A stretch of 64,000 nt of DNA from Candidatus Saccharimonadia bacterium (lineage in GTDB: Bacteria; Patescibacteriota; Saccharimonadia; UBA4664): the NCBI GenBank assembly GCA_035544015.1, contig DATKIP010000012.1:99483-163482 (forward strand), given 5' to 3'. Shown here piece after piece: positions 31,214 to 39,842 of the stretch; the first letter of the stretch is position 1, and every line of letters starts with the position of its first letter. Under the pieces are notes generated by a model, which ran no database searches, was not told where the DNA came from, and was given only the letters and a program-made list of their open reading frames with translations. Made by a program: the position numbers and the translations under genes.

Positions 31214-32107
31214 ATGTATTATTACATCGTCAACCCAGCAGCCGGTCACGGACAGATCAAAAATCTCCAAGAAAAGCTGCGTTCACGCCTCGACAAGCTA
31301 AACATTCGCGGCGAATGGGTCAAAACCACCGGCCCCGGCGACGCCACCAAGCTCGCCAAAGCTGCCGTCGCCGCCGGGCACACCACCATCGTAGCCGTCG
31401 GCGGCGACGACACCGTCAACGAAGTCATCAACGGCATCGAGCGCGACAACGTCGCCGTTGGCATCATCCCCATCGGCACCGCCAACCGCGTCGCCAGTCA
31501 GCTCGGCATCATCACCTGGTCCCAAGCCTGCGAAGCCCTGGCCGCCCGCCGGCTTACCTCCTACTCGCTGATCGCTGCCGGCCAAAAATTCTTTCTCTCC
31601 ACCCTCACCCTCGGATTCGAAACCGACCTCGACAAAACCGTCGACACCTCGCAGTCCGGTGTCCGCGCGCGCGTCGGCCAATTTGCCCAGAGCCTCGGAC
31701 ACGCCTCCCATTACAACAGCCTGGGATGCCGCATCGAAGTTGACGGCAAATTCACCCTGGCCTGCGATATCTTCACCCTCTCGGTAGCCAATCAAAAATT
31801 TCTCAACCCCCTAGCCGAAAACCGCCTCATTATCGCCCTCAGCGACCGACCCCAGGCCCGCCTCGGGCTCGGCACCATGGTGTGGCGCACCTTGCGGCGC
31901 CGCAGCGGCGAGAGCCTGCTCGAGGACACCGCCACCACGCGCTTCCTAGCCCACCGCGTGGTGATCGAAACCGACCCACCCACCGGGATCATGGTCGACG
32001 GCAAAGTCGCCGGGCGCACGCCCATTGCCATCCGCCTCACCGACCGGCGCATTCGCTTTATCACCGAGAAAATTATCGCCGATTTCAAGGACGCCATTGC
32101 CGCGTAA
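31214..32107 (+). CDS. diacylglycerol kinase-family lipid kinase (DagK/YegS-like)
   Basis: DAGK_cat motif AVGGDDTVNEV. Confidence 0.8.
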   Translation: MYYYIVNPAAGHGQIKNLQEKLRSRLDKLNIRGEWVKTTGPGDATKLAKAAVAAGHTTIVAVGGDDTVNEVINGIERDNVAVGIIPIGTANRVASQLGIITWSQACEALAARRLTSYSLIAAGQKFFLSTLTLGFETDLDKTVDTSQSGVRARVGQFAQSLGHASHYNSLGCRIEVDGKFTLACDIFTLSVANQKFLNPLAENRLIIALSDRPQARLGLGTMVWRTLRRRSGESLLEDTATTRFLAHRVVIETDPPTGIMVDGKVAGRTPIAIRLTDRRIRFITEKIIADFKDAIAA

Positions 32108-32207
32108 TCACCACCCCCAAGCCTCTAGGAAAATAAACGTAATACCCGTTGACCAGGAACCCTCAAACTGATATAGTACCGAAGAGCTTTTTCAAGGAGA
32201 CTTCCAG

Positions 32208-32735
32208 ATAAACAAAATCCGCTTGAACCGTGAGATCACCGCCCAAACTGTTCGTTTGGTCGATGTTGATGGGTCACAGCGTGGTATTGTTAGCCTCCGT
32301 GAGGCACTGGACCTAGCCGCCGAGGCTGGCCTAGATCTGGCAGAGATAGCTCCCAACGCCGAAACTCCCGTAGTCAAAATCCTCGATTGGGGCAAATACC
32401 GCTACGAACAAGGCAAGCAACTCGCCAAGAGCCGTAAGTCTCAAAAGCAAGTTGAGGTAAAGCAAGTCCGGCTCGGCCTCAAGATCGGTGAGCACGATCT
32501 GCAGGTAAAACTAAGCCGGGTCAAGAAGTTTCTCGAACAAGGCGACAAGGTCAAGATCAGCCTACTGTTCCGAGGACGCGAAATCACTCACCCCGACCTC
32601 GGACGCGCCATTCTCAAGCGAGTTATGGATCAAATCGAGGAATTCGCCGTCCAGGAGCAAGCCCCTCAACTTTCAGGCCGCGACCTCAACATGATAGTAG
32701 GATCCAAGAAGGACACCAAAGATGCCAAAGCTTAA
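32208..32735 (+). CDS. infC: translation initiation factor IF-3 with a non-canonical ATA start
   Basis: In-frame ATA AAC AAA ATC CGC (INKIR) precedes the ORF-track TTG start. AAGGAGA SD sits 7 nt upstream of the ATA. IF-3 N- and C-domain motifs are present. Confidence 0.8.
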   Translation: MNKIRLNREITAQTVRLVDVDGSQRGIVSLREALDLAAEAGLDLAEIAPNAETPVVKILDWGKYRYEQGKQLAKSRKSQKQVEVKQVRLGLKIGEHDLQVKLSRVKKFLEQGDKVKISLLFRGREITHPDLGRAILKRVMDQIEEFAVQEQAPQLSGRDLNMIVGSKKDTKDAKA

Positions 32736-32922
32736 GACACACAAGGGAATGGCCAAGCGCATCAAGATCAGCGCTACCGGCAAATTGATGCACCGCCGCG
32801 CCTACCGCAACCACATGCTCGCTCACAAGTCGGCCTCGGCCAAACGTGAGTACGTTAAGGAATTCCAGATTTCAGCCGGCGATACTGCCAACGTTAAGGT
32901 AATGCTAGGAAATTATAAATAA
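32722..32922 (+). CDS. rpmI: 50S ribosomal protein L35
   Basis: [27 protein letters not shown]. Confidence 0.9.
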   Translation: MPKLKTHKGMAKRIKISATGKLMHRRAYRNHMLAHKSASAKREYVKEFQISAGDTANVKVMLGNYK

Positions 32923-33272
32923 TGCGTATCAAACGCGGCGTCACCAGCCACGCCAAACACAAGAAACTCCGGGCCCAGACCAAAGGCTATAGCCTCGTCC
33001 GGCGCGCCAGCGTCCGCCAGGCTCGTCAGGCTGTCCTCAAAGCCCTCCAATACCAATACCGCGACCGCCGCAACATGAAGCGCGACCTCCGCGGTCTTTG
33101 GATCACCCGCATCAACGCCGGCGTCAGCCAATTCGGACTGTCTTATTCGGTCTTCATGGGCAACCTCAAAAAAGCCGGCGTCACGCTCGACCGCAAGATC
33201 CTCGCCGAGCTCGCCGTCACCCACCCCAAGGCCTTCGAAGCGGTCGTAGACACCGCCAAAGCCACCAAATAG
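32922..33272 (+). CDS. rplT: 50S ribosomal protein L20
   Basis: [23 protein letters not shown]... Confidence 0.9.
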   Translation: MRIKRGVTSHAKHKKLRAQTKGYSLVRRASVRQARQAVLKALQYQYRDRRNMKRDLRGLWITRINAGVSQFGLSYSVFMGNLKKAGVTLDRKILAELAVTHPKAFEAVVDTAKATK

Positions 33273-33285
33273 ATACGTTCGAAAC

Positions 33286-33325
33286 CAAAAAACGCCTCCG
33301 CACCGATGCGCTAGGCGTTTTTTGA
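33286..33325 (+). terminator. Rho-independent terminator of the infC-rpmI-rplT operon
   Basis: AACGCCT...AGGCGTT stem followed by a T6 run. Confidence 0.6.
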
Positions 33326-33382
33326 TTTCCCCAATACAAAAATAGTAATTAATGCAAAAATACCCAGAAAATCCGCAAAAAA

Positions 33383-34519
33383 CTAAGGGCGCAAAGTACC
33401 CTTATTCAAGGTAAAAACATCCCATTTATCTCGCACAAATTTTGCCATGGTTTTGCGAAATATTGACGCATCAAACTCTTTGGCCCGCGCCCGAATCACC
33501 CCCTCATCAAATGTCATCCCCTCAAATCGCTGCACCGCATCAGCCAACGCCGCACCGGTTTGCGATCCAAAGAGCACACCCGTCTCGCCGTCCGTCACAT
33601 ACTCCGGAGCGCCACCGCCATCATAGGCAATCACCGGCGTACCGACGGCCATAGCCTCTAACGGCACCATACCGAAGTCCTCTTCCGGCGGAAACACAAA
33701 GGCCTTGGCCCCCGCAAACAACCGGTCGCGCTCGTCGTCGCTCACTCGCCCCAAAAACTCAATATTAGCCTGCGCCCGCGGCCGCTGCCGGGCAATCTCC
33801 TCCCCCGCCCCCACCACCTTGAGCGGCAACCCCAGGCTATTGAATGCATCCACCGCCACATCCAGCCGCTTCGACGCCACCTGCCGCCCCACAATCAAAT
33901 AATAATCACGCCCCCCCGACCCCACCACCCCCTGCGCCCCCATCACAATCGGCGGATAAATCACGGTCGAATCCCGATGATAATACTGCGCAATCCGCCG
34001 CTGAATATGCCGCGAGTTCGCCACAAACACATCCACCCCCTGCGCCGCCCGGTAGTCTACCCACCGCAGCACCCCAATCAGTACCGGAAACACCAGCCGC
34101 GCCAGCCAGTTAAAGGCCCCAAAGGGCAAATTCTTGAGCCGCCATTCATAATCGCTCCAGTAGTAACGCACCGGCGTGTGGCAGTAGCAGATATGCAGTG
34201 TCTCCCCGCTCGTCCGCACATACTTGGCCTCGGCCGCGCACGACGAAATCACAATGTCATACCCACTCATATCAAGCGTCTTAAATGGCGTCCCCAAAAA
34301 TATCGGAAACAGCTGGTGCTTCAGCTTCAAAAACGGGATCTTGTCCAAAAACGTCGTTCGAATATCGGCGCCCGCAAATTCCGGAAACTTTTTGGGATCA
34401 TAGGCCGAGGTATATATCGGCGCCTCCGGATACATTTGATGCAATTCATACAACACCTTCTCGGCCCCGCCAGGCGACGTCAGCCAGTGATGCGTCAGCG
34501 CAATCTTCGGCTCGCGCAT
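33383..34519 (-). CDS. GT4 glycosyltransferase
   Basis: GT4 GT-B architecture. Confidence 0.8.
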   Translation of the reverse strand: MREPKIALTHHWLTSPGGAEKVLYELHQMYPEAPIYTSAYDPKKFPEFAGADIRTTFLDKIPFLKLKHQLFPIFLGTPFKTLDMSGYDIVISSCAAEAKYVRTSGETLHICYCHTPVRYYWSDYEWRLKNLPFGAFNWLARLVFPVLIGVLRWVDYRAAQGVDVFVANSRHIQRRIAQYYHRDSTVIYPPIVMGAQGVVGSGGRDYYLIVGRQVASKRLDVAVDAFNSLGLPLKVVGAGEEIARQRPRAQANIEFLGRVSDDERDRLFAGAKAFVFPPEEDFGMVPLEAMAVGTPVIAYDGGGAPEYVTDGETGVLFGSQTGAALADAVQRFEGMTFDEGVIRARAKEFDASIFRKTMAKFVRDKWDVFTLNKGTLRP

Positions 34520-35979
34520 CAGTATGCCCCCTTACCGGCCAAAAACGTCAGCGCTGTCTTCAGCAAAATCTTGGTATCAAGTAGCAAGCCCCAGTGCTCG
34601 ACGTAATAAATATCAAGCTTCACCCGGTCATCATAGCTAATATCACTCCGTCCCGAAATCTGCCACAACCCCGTCATTCCCGGCTTGAGCGCCAAGAAGG
34701 TCGCACCCCGCTGGCCGTAATGATCCAACTCCGCCGCCACAATCGGCCGCGGCCCCACCAGACTCATTTCACCCTTCAGCACATTCAAAAACTGCGGCAA
34801 TTCATCCAGACTGGTGCGGCGCAAAAACCGCCCAAATCGACTCACCCGCGGATCATTCTCTATTTTGTGCGCCCGCTTAAATTCCGCTATCAGCTCAGGG
34901 CGGCCCATCGCTCGCAGCGTCTCCTCGGCACTCGTAAACGGACGCCCCGGCCCGTCACAATAGCGCCATTCCATCGTCCGAAACTTCAGCACCCCCACCG
35001 AGCGTCCGCTTCGGCTCAAACGATGATGCCGATACAACACCGGGCCACTCGGGTCCCGCAGTTTTATCAGCAACGCCAGCCCCACCAGCAACGGCGACAA
35101 CACCACTATGGCCAACGCCGAACCCATCAAGTCAAACACCCGCTTCGCCACCCGCCCCCAACCATCAAGCGGGGTGAGCCGAATCTCAATCATTTGCACC
35201 CCGGCCAACGTACCAAGCACCGAGTTTGAGGCGTACAGCCCAAACTGGTTCGGCACAAACCGGTACCCAATCTGGTGATTAGCCGCATAATTTACCAGCG
35301 CCAAAATCTCGTCCTGCTCCAGCGCCGAATCGGCCTGAATAATTTCATCCAAATTACCGTCCGGCGCCACTGCCGCGATCGCCTCCTCGAGCGCGTCAAA
35401 CACCGGCACCCCCCGCATCCGCTTCGCCGCTCCCCGCGACCGGTCCACGCACGCCAGCAGCCGGTAACCCGAAAACGCCTGCTGCAAATCCGGCACCATC
35501 CGCTGCGCAATCTCGCCGCTACCAATGATCACCGCGTTATGCACCCCCACTCCAAACTGAAACAACCACCGCTGCAGCCAACGCACCAGCGTCCGCGACA
35601 GCAACACAAACACCAGCCCCAAACCGTAAGCATAAATCGGCACCGCCTTAGACGGAAACAACGACTGCGGCTGAAAGAAATCCAGCAAAATGCTCAGCAT
35701 CACTCCACCCGACACCGCCACAAAGACCTTGCCGATCTCACCCAGCTTCCCGCGTAAGTTCGACTGCACGTACAACCCCGACAACGCAAAAATCACAATC
35801 CACAGCGGCAGCAAAATCAGCAGCACGTGCACAAATTCAGCCGCTGGAATCGGATGAGCCACCGGTTTGTCCTCCAGCTTCACCCGAATAATATAGGCCG
35901 CCGCAAACGCACCTAGCAGCGCCAAAAAATCCAATGGCACAAGTATTACGCTAAAAAATAATTCGCTTCGTTTGCGCAT
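34519..35979 (-). CDS. polyprenyl-phosphate sugar phosphotransferase (WbaP/bacterial sugar transferase family)
   Basis: N-terminal TMs and C-terminal sugar-transferase domain ([21 protein letters not shown]). Confidence 0.85.
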   Translation of the reverse strand: MRKRSELFFSVILVPLDFLALLGAFAAAYIIRVKLEDKPVAHPIPAAEFVHVLLILLPLWIVIFALSGLYVQSNLRGKLGEIGKVFVAVSGGVMLSILLDFFQPQSLFPSKAVPIYAYGLGLVFVLLSRTLVRWLQRWLFQFGVGVHNAVIIGSGEIAQRMVPDLQQAFSGYRLLACVDRSRGAAKRMRGVPVFDALEEAIAAVAPDGNLDEIIQADSALEQDEILALVNYAANHQIGYRFVPNQFGLYASNSVLGTLAGVQMIEIRLTPLDGWGRVAKRVFDLMGSALAIVVLSPLLVGLALLIKLRDPSGPVLYRHHRLSRSGRSVGVLKFRTMEWRYCDGPGRPFTSAEETLRAMGRPELIAEFKRAHKIENDPRVSRFGRFLRRTSLDELPQFLNVLKGEMSLVGPRPIVAAELDHYGQRGATFLALKPGMTGLWQISGRSDISYDDRVKLDIYYVEHWGLLLDTKILLKTALTFLAGKGAY

Positions 35980-36028
35980 AATCTGTTGTCGCTATTGTAC
36001 ACCGCGCGCTAAAAATAATGGCATTGCC

Positions 36029-36373
36029 AGACTAGTCATAAGCCGGATTCTGTCGAGGATGATCATCTATCTTGGGTCCACGTTGCCGCGAACCTCATGC
36101 GGTCTGATCGCTCAAACGCGCGAGCAGCGCCCCTTTCGGGATGTTTGAGCCGCCTTGCAGCGGACGGGGTTTACCTCCTCGCCTAGTCACCTAGGCCAGC
36201 TGTGCGCTCTTGCCGCACTCGTTTCACCCTTACCGAGCTTGCGCCCGGCGGTATCGTTTCTGTGGCACTTTCCCTACGGTCGCCCGCGGTTGCCGTTAGC
36301 AACCGTCCTGCTCTATGCTGTCCGGACTTTCCTCACCGACCTTGCAGCCGGCGCGATCATCTTCTAGTCTGAC
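36029..36373 (-). ncRNA. rnpB: RNase P RNA (bacterial type A)
   Basis: The minus strand carries GAGGAAAGTCCGGAC (P4 5' strand), GGTAAGGGTGAAACGAGTGCGGCAAGAGCGCACAG (P10-12 region) and ACAGAATCCGGCTTATGACTAGTCT (P4 3' strand/P1). Confidence 0.8.
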
Positions 36374-36379
36374 CTTCAG

Positions 36380-36408
36380 ATTATGACAGATTACGCTCAA
36401 AAATTCAA
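36380..36408 (-). promoter_or_regulatory. candidate rnpB promoter (TTGAAT-17-CATAAT on the minus strand)
   Basis: Hexamers with 17-nt spacing immediately upstream of the predicted rnpB 5' end. Confidence 0.4.
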
Positions 36409-36501
36409 ATTAAATTTTCACTATTGATGTATCAAATACAACACAGATCAGCCAGTAGCAGCAAAGTAATCAAAATCGGCGCGGCCATCGACCTACCAGC
36501 T

Positions 36502-37065
36502 TCATTCCGACATCCTAGCCAACGCCTCCCTGACGCTGACATCAAAGTCCTTAACATATTCATAGCCCTTGAGTGCTTCGGGATTGATCCAAGCAAAATC
36601 GGTGTGCTCCCAATCCAAGGTAATAGCCGGTTTTTGACGCAACATTACCAATACCGGGTATACCACCCATGTCCGGCCGATGCCCTGGTCATCAACTTCA
36701 TACGGCCTGCAAACGCCCATGCTCGCAATGACGCGCTCATCAAAGGCCACCTCTTCCATGAGCTCCTGTTTAGCAAACTCCTCAATCGATTTTGGCTCAT
36801 CGATAAACCCAGAAATTCCATTCCACAGGCCCCGGTAGGTGCCTACTTTCTGGCTACGTTTTACGATAAGAATTTTTCCCTCATAATAAACAACCACATT
36901 CAACACTGGCGCTTTGCGCGCACCAGTGAAGTCGATCCGGCCGTCATCAAAACGAGGCAATCCACGAGGAAGCTCAAGCCGAATACACCCATCCGGGCTG
37001 CCACTTCCAGGGTTCCGATATGATATCCTCAAGCTTCTTACCCAGCAAATGTTCTTCAAACCCAT
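36502..37065 (-). CDS. NUDIX hydrolase (true start probably internal; the ORF as drawn overlaps the upstream gene by ~90 nt)
   Basis: Nudix box GFIDEPKSIEEFAKQELMEEVA. Confidence 0.7.
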   Translation of the reverse strand: MGLKNICWVRSLRISYRNPGSGSPDGCIRLELPRGLPRFDDGRIDFTGARKAPVLNVVVYYEGKILIVKRSQKVGTYRGLWNGISGFIDEPKSIEEFAKQELMEEVAFDERVIASMGVCRPYEVDDQGIGRTWVVYPVLVMLRQKPAITLDWEHTDFAWINPEALKGYEYVKDFDVSVREALARMSE

Positions 37066-37504
37066 ACTGGGTCGCCCGATGACCTATAATCACAACGGTC
37101 TTATTTTGATACGACACCCTGAGATCTTCCAGAAACTTAGCCACCCGCCTAGAAGTCTGTTCGTAGCTCTCGCCATCAGGGAACGGCTTGCTAATGTGCT
37201 CGGCTTTTTTTGCCTCAACCTCACTTTTAGGAGCTTGGGTCAGCTTCCCGTAACCACATTCGCGCAATCTCGAATCAATGAATATCGGAACCAGCCTATC
37301 CTTGAAAGCAATTGCAGCCGTCTTATAGCTTCGCTGCAAATCCGAGCAAAATACCGCATCGGGCAAACGGTCCTTATACCGGGTTCCCAGCTCAGAAGAT
37401 TGACGCAATCCGGCTTCCGAGAGATCGACATCATTCCACCCCGACGAAAGCTCAGCTTCGTTGTCCAACGAGGTCGAATGAGCCTCGAAAATAATGGTTA
37501 CCAT
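36974..37504 (-). CDS. histidine phosphatase superfamily (phosphoglycerate-mutase-like) protein
   Basis: N-terminal catalytic His context (IIFEAHSTS) and second motif VVIIGHRATQ. The first Arg of the RHG motif is substituted. Confidence 0.6.
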   Translation of the reverse strand: MVTIIFEAHSTSLDNEAELSSGWNDVDLSEAGLRQSSELGTRYKDRLPDAVFCSDLQRSYKTAAIAFKDRLVPIFIDSRLRECGYGKLTQAPKSEVEAKKAEHISKPFPDGESYEQTSRRVAKFLEDLRVSYQNKTVVIIGHRATQYGFEEHLLGKKLEDIISEPWKWQPGWVYSA

Positions 37505-37682
37505 AGAGTAAGTCTAGCAGACAAAAAATAATTCCTGGTCAACCATACGCCTCACCTTAGCGAACTATTCCGGCAAATCCTCAAAACGACCATCACCGTT
37601 TGAGTCTCTTCAAACTTGGTTGGCAGAAGCTGGCCTTCAAATTCAAAATTACTGAGTCTTGTCATGCAGCCAGTATAGCAAC

Positions 37683-37705
37683 AAAAGGAGACCGCTTGGG
37701 TCTCC
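37683..37705 (-). terminator. Rho-independent terminator downstream of tRNA-Pro
   Basis: GGAGACC-GCTTG-GGTCTCC hairpin followed on the minus strand by TTTTGTTG. Confidence 0.45.
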
Positions 37706-37723
37706 TTTCAAGCATAAGTACAT

Positions 37724-37799
37724 TGGTCGGGGTGACAGGGCTCGAACCTGCGACCTCACGGCCCCCAGCCGTACGCGCTACCAACTGCGCCACACCCCG
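37724..37799 (-). tRNA. tRNA-Pro (GGG), CCA encoded
   Basis: The minus strand CGGGGTGTGGCGCAGTTGGTAGCGCGTACGGCTGGGGGCCGTGAGGTCGCAGGTTCGAGCCCTGTCACCCCGACCA gives a cloverleaf with a CTGGGGG anticodon loop. Confidence 0.85.
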
Positions 37800-37804
37800 A
37801 TAAT

Positions 37805-38041
37805 TTACAATCTCTGGTCGAGCCACTTGCGACCGGCACCCGACTTGAGAAAATGCTCCCTCTTCATGGCTTCGGTTCTGGTTGGCAAAACCTCCGTATA
37901 CTCTACCCTAAAAGGAGCAATCGATCGAGTTGATTTAGTGATGCCGGAATTATGTTGCTCAAAACGGAGCTCAAAATCCTGTGTCTGGCCCGTATATCGG
38001 CGCCCGTTCTTTTCGCTCCGCAACACATATATGGTATACAA
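37805..38041 (-). CDS. small GIY-YIG nuclease-family protein (YhbQ/URI-like)
   Basis: YTIYVLRSEKNGRRYTGQT GIY-YIG motif. Sits 5 nt upstream of tRNA-Pro and 8 nt downstream of the tRNA half-copy. Confidence 0.75.
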   Translation of the reverse strand: MYTIYVLRSEKNGRRYTGQTQDFELRFEQHNSGITKSTRSIAPFRVEYTEVLPTRTEAMKREHFLKSGAGRKWLDQRL

Positions 38042-38049
38042 TCCTAACT

Positions 38050-38103
38050 CCTCACGGCCCCCAGCGTCGCCACGGCGACCGCTACCAACTGCGCCACACC
38101 CCG
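38050..38103 (-). repeat. degenerate copy of the tRNA-Pro 5' half (acceptor, D-arm and anticodon arm; no T-arm)
   Basis: TCGGGGTGTGGCGCAGTTGGTAGCG and GCTGGGGGCCGTGAGG are identical to the intact gene. The intervening CGTACG is replaced by the 14-nt palindrome GTCGCCGTGGCGAC. Confidence 0.6.
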
Positions 38104-38135
38104 ATAACTGTCCGATTATGAGTCAATTCGGCCAC

Positions 38136-38537
38136 TTATGCAACTAACCGCACCAGATGGGGCAAAGCCTTTGCCAATTTCTTATCGTATGTAAGCAATG
38201 GCCCGGTTCCATTCAGTTCCGCATAAACCGCCAGCGCAATGTCGATGAACGACACCGCCTTATGATGAACATATACCGGCATAACTTGGGATATCAGGAG
38301 CCGATTACAGGCAATTTGCTCAATCCTCGTAAGCTCGGTGATGAGATCAGCAATTAACCGCCGATCGAATCCATAGGCCGACCCCTGCAAAATCCACACA
38401 CACTCAAACAACACCACATCCTCAACCGTAAATTCACTCCTGCGGCCCTTCGCTACCATCGCCACCGTTGCCGGCGACTGGGCCGGATGATCCTCGAGCA
38501 ACAGCCGCAACACCAGGTTGGTATCAAGTGCGCTCAC
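38136..38537 (-). CDS. vapC: type II toxin VapC (PIN domain)
   Basis: ALDTNLVLRLL N-terminal motif and FIDIALAVYA. 4-nt overlap with the antitoxin. Confidence 0.8.
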   Translation of the reverse strand: MSALDTNLVLRLLLEDHPAQSPATVAMVAKGRRSEFTVEDVVLFECVWILQGSAYGFDRRLIADLITELTRIEQIACNRLLISQVMPVYVHHKAVSFIDIALAVYAELNGTGPLLTYDKKLAKALPHLVRLVA

Positions 38538-38833
38538 TCCGACTCTCGCATTCGCTCTACTCGATAGGCCGCCGCATCGCGATGAGCCTGTAAACGAACC
38601 TCCCTCAGTTCATCATCGGTCTGCGGGAAGGTTCGGTTGGTGCGCTGCATATGCTCTCGCACGCGAGCGTGGAGCGCCGCCAACTCCTTATGCCAATCCG
38701 GCTGCTCAATCGTAGCGATATCCCCGGACAAATCAAAACTCACCGCCTGTCCCGGCTTGAGCCCCAGCTTACGCCGAATCTCGACCGGAATGGTCACCTG
38801 CCCCTTGCTAGTCATGGTAGACGAATACTTCAT
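38534..38833 (-). CDS. vapB: AbrB/MazE/SpoVT-family antitoxin (VapB)
   Basis: TSKGQVTIPVEIRRKLGLKPGQ swapped-hairpin motif. Confidence 0.8.
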   Translation of the reverse strand: MKYSSTMTSKGQVTIPVEIRRKLGLKPGQAVSFDLSGDIATIEQPDWHKELAALHARVREHMQRTNRTFPQTDDELREVRLQAHRDAAAYRVERMRESE

Positions 38834-38878
38834 GGTATTACCCTACCAAAAGGTAATACCACCCGTCAAGGTATTACC

Positions 38879-39310
38879 TCAGCGCCCGGTATGCCCGTAC
38901 CCCTGCTCCCCGCGCTCGGTCTCATCGTGCGCCTCCACCTCGACCCACTCCACGCGCTCCACCGGCTTCACGAGCACCTGCGCCACTCGATCACCGTCCT
39001 CGATCGTATACGGCTCGTCCGATAGATTCACCATGATGATCTTGAGCTCACCCCGGTAATCCGAATCAATCGTCCCCGGCGCGTTCACCGTCGTCACCCC
39101 GTGCTTGGCAGCCAGCCCACTACGCGGCCGCACCTGCATCTCGTAGCCCTCCGGCACCGCCACAAACAGCCCCGTAGGCACCAGCGCCCGGCCCAGCGGC
39201 CCCAGCGTCACCGGCGCCTCCAGGTTGGCCCGCACATCGAGCGCCGCCGCTCCCGCCGTATGATACTCCGGCAGCGGATGCCGGCTCTTATTGATAATCC
39301 GAACTTTCAT
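38879..39310 (-). CDS. dut: dUTP diphosphatase
   Basis: Trimeric dUTPase motifs (AGAAALD, RSGLAAKHG, GTIDSDYRGE). Confidence 0.85.
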   Translation of the reverse strand: MKVRIINKSRHPLPEYHTAGAAALDVRANLEAPVTLGPLGRALVPTGLFVAVPEGYEMQVRPRSGLAAKHGVTTVNAPGTIDSDYRGELKIIMVNLSDEPYTIEDGDRVAQVLVKPVERVEWVEVEAHDETERGEQGYGHTGR

Positions 39311-39599
39311 TTACACCCCACTCAATAAATCCTGGCTCCGCGCCACCGCAGCAGCCACCAACTTTTCCCTGCGAATCGCAGGTGGGTGCCCTCAGTCACG
39401 TGGTCCACGGACCCGGACAATCTTAAGCTCCCGTTGGTAGTAGTACAGAGAAAAATTTATGCACCGCATATGCGTATGGTGCAGAGACCTGTTTATTCTA
39501 TAGGCGCACATCGTCCAGATCAATCCAGGCGAGATAGACATTAATGATCATACATTGTATTATTACAAAACCTGAAGTCAGGCGCACCGTTCGGACAGA

Positions 39600-39842
39600 T
39601 TGGAGCACATCATGCTGCTTACGGATATCAAGATCGCGTTCCTCCTGGTCCTCGGCCTCAGCATGGTAGCCGCCGTAGCCTGGGGAACCATACGCGTGAG
39701 GCAGATGTTCCGACAAGGCGAACTCATCCTGGAACTGTCACAGTTCCTCGTGACCAGGAGCAACGGCTGGCTCGACCAAACGATGATCCCGCGGTACAAA
39801 CGCCGCACCGTCATCCTCTTCACCTACCGCTCGACCTACCTA
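39600..39842 (+). pseudogene. N-terminal fragment (81 codons) of a gene split by the IS630 insertion. Its C-terminal 59 codons resume at 40951..41127
   Basis: The ORF stop TAG is the first 3 nt of the IS left inverted repeat. Removing 39843..40950 restores a continuous 140-codon ORF. Confidence 0.55.

Noticed and set aside
39311-39600. CGCATATGCG and TGCACC...GGTGCA palindromes between dut and the IS630-disrupted gene.
   Set aside because: These are short 6-10 bp palindromes, expected by chance in an AT-richer intergenic region. No clear promoter or operator context.
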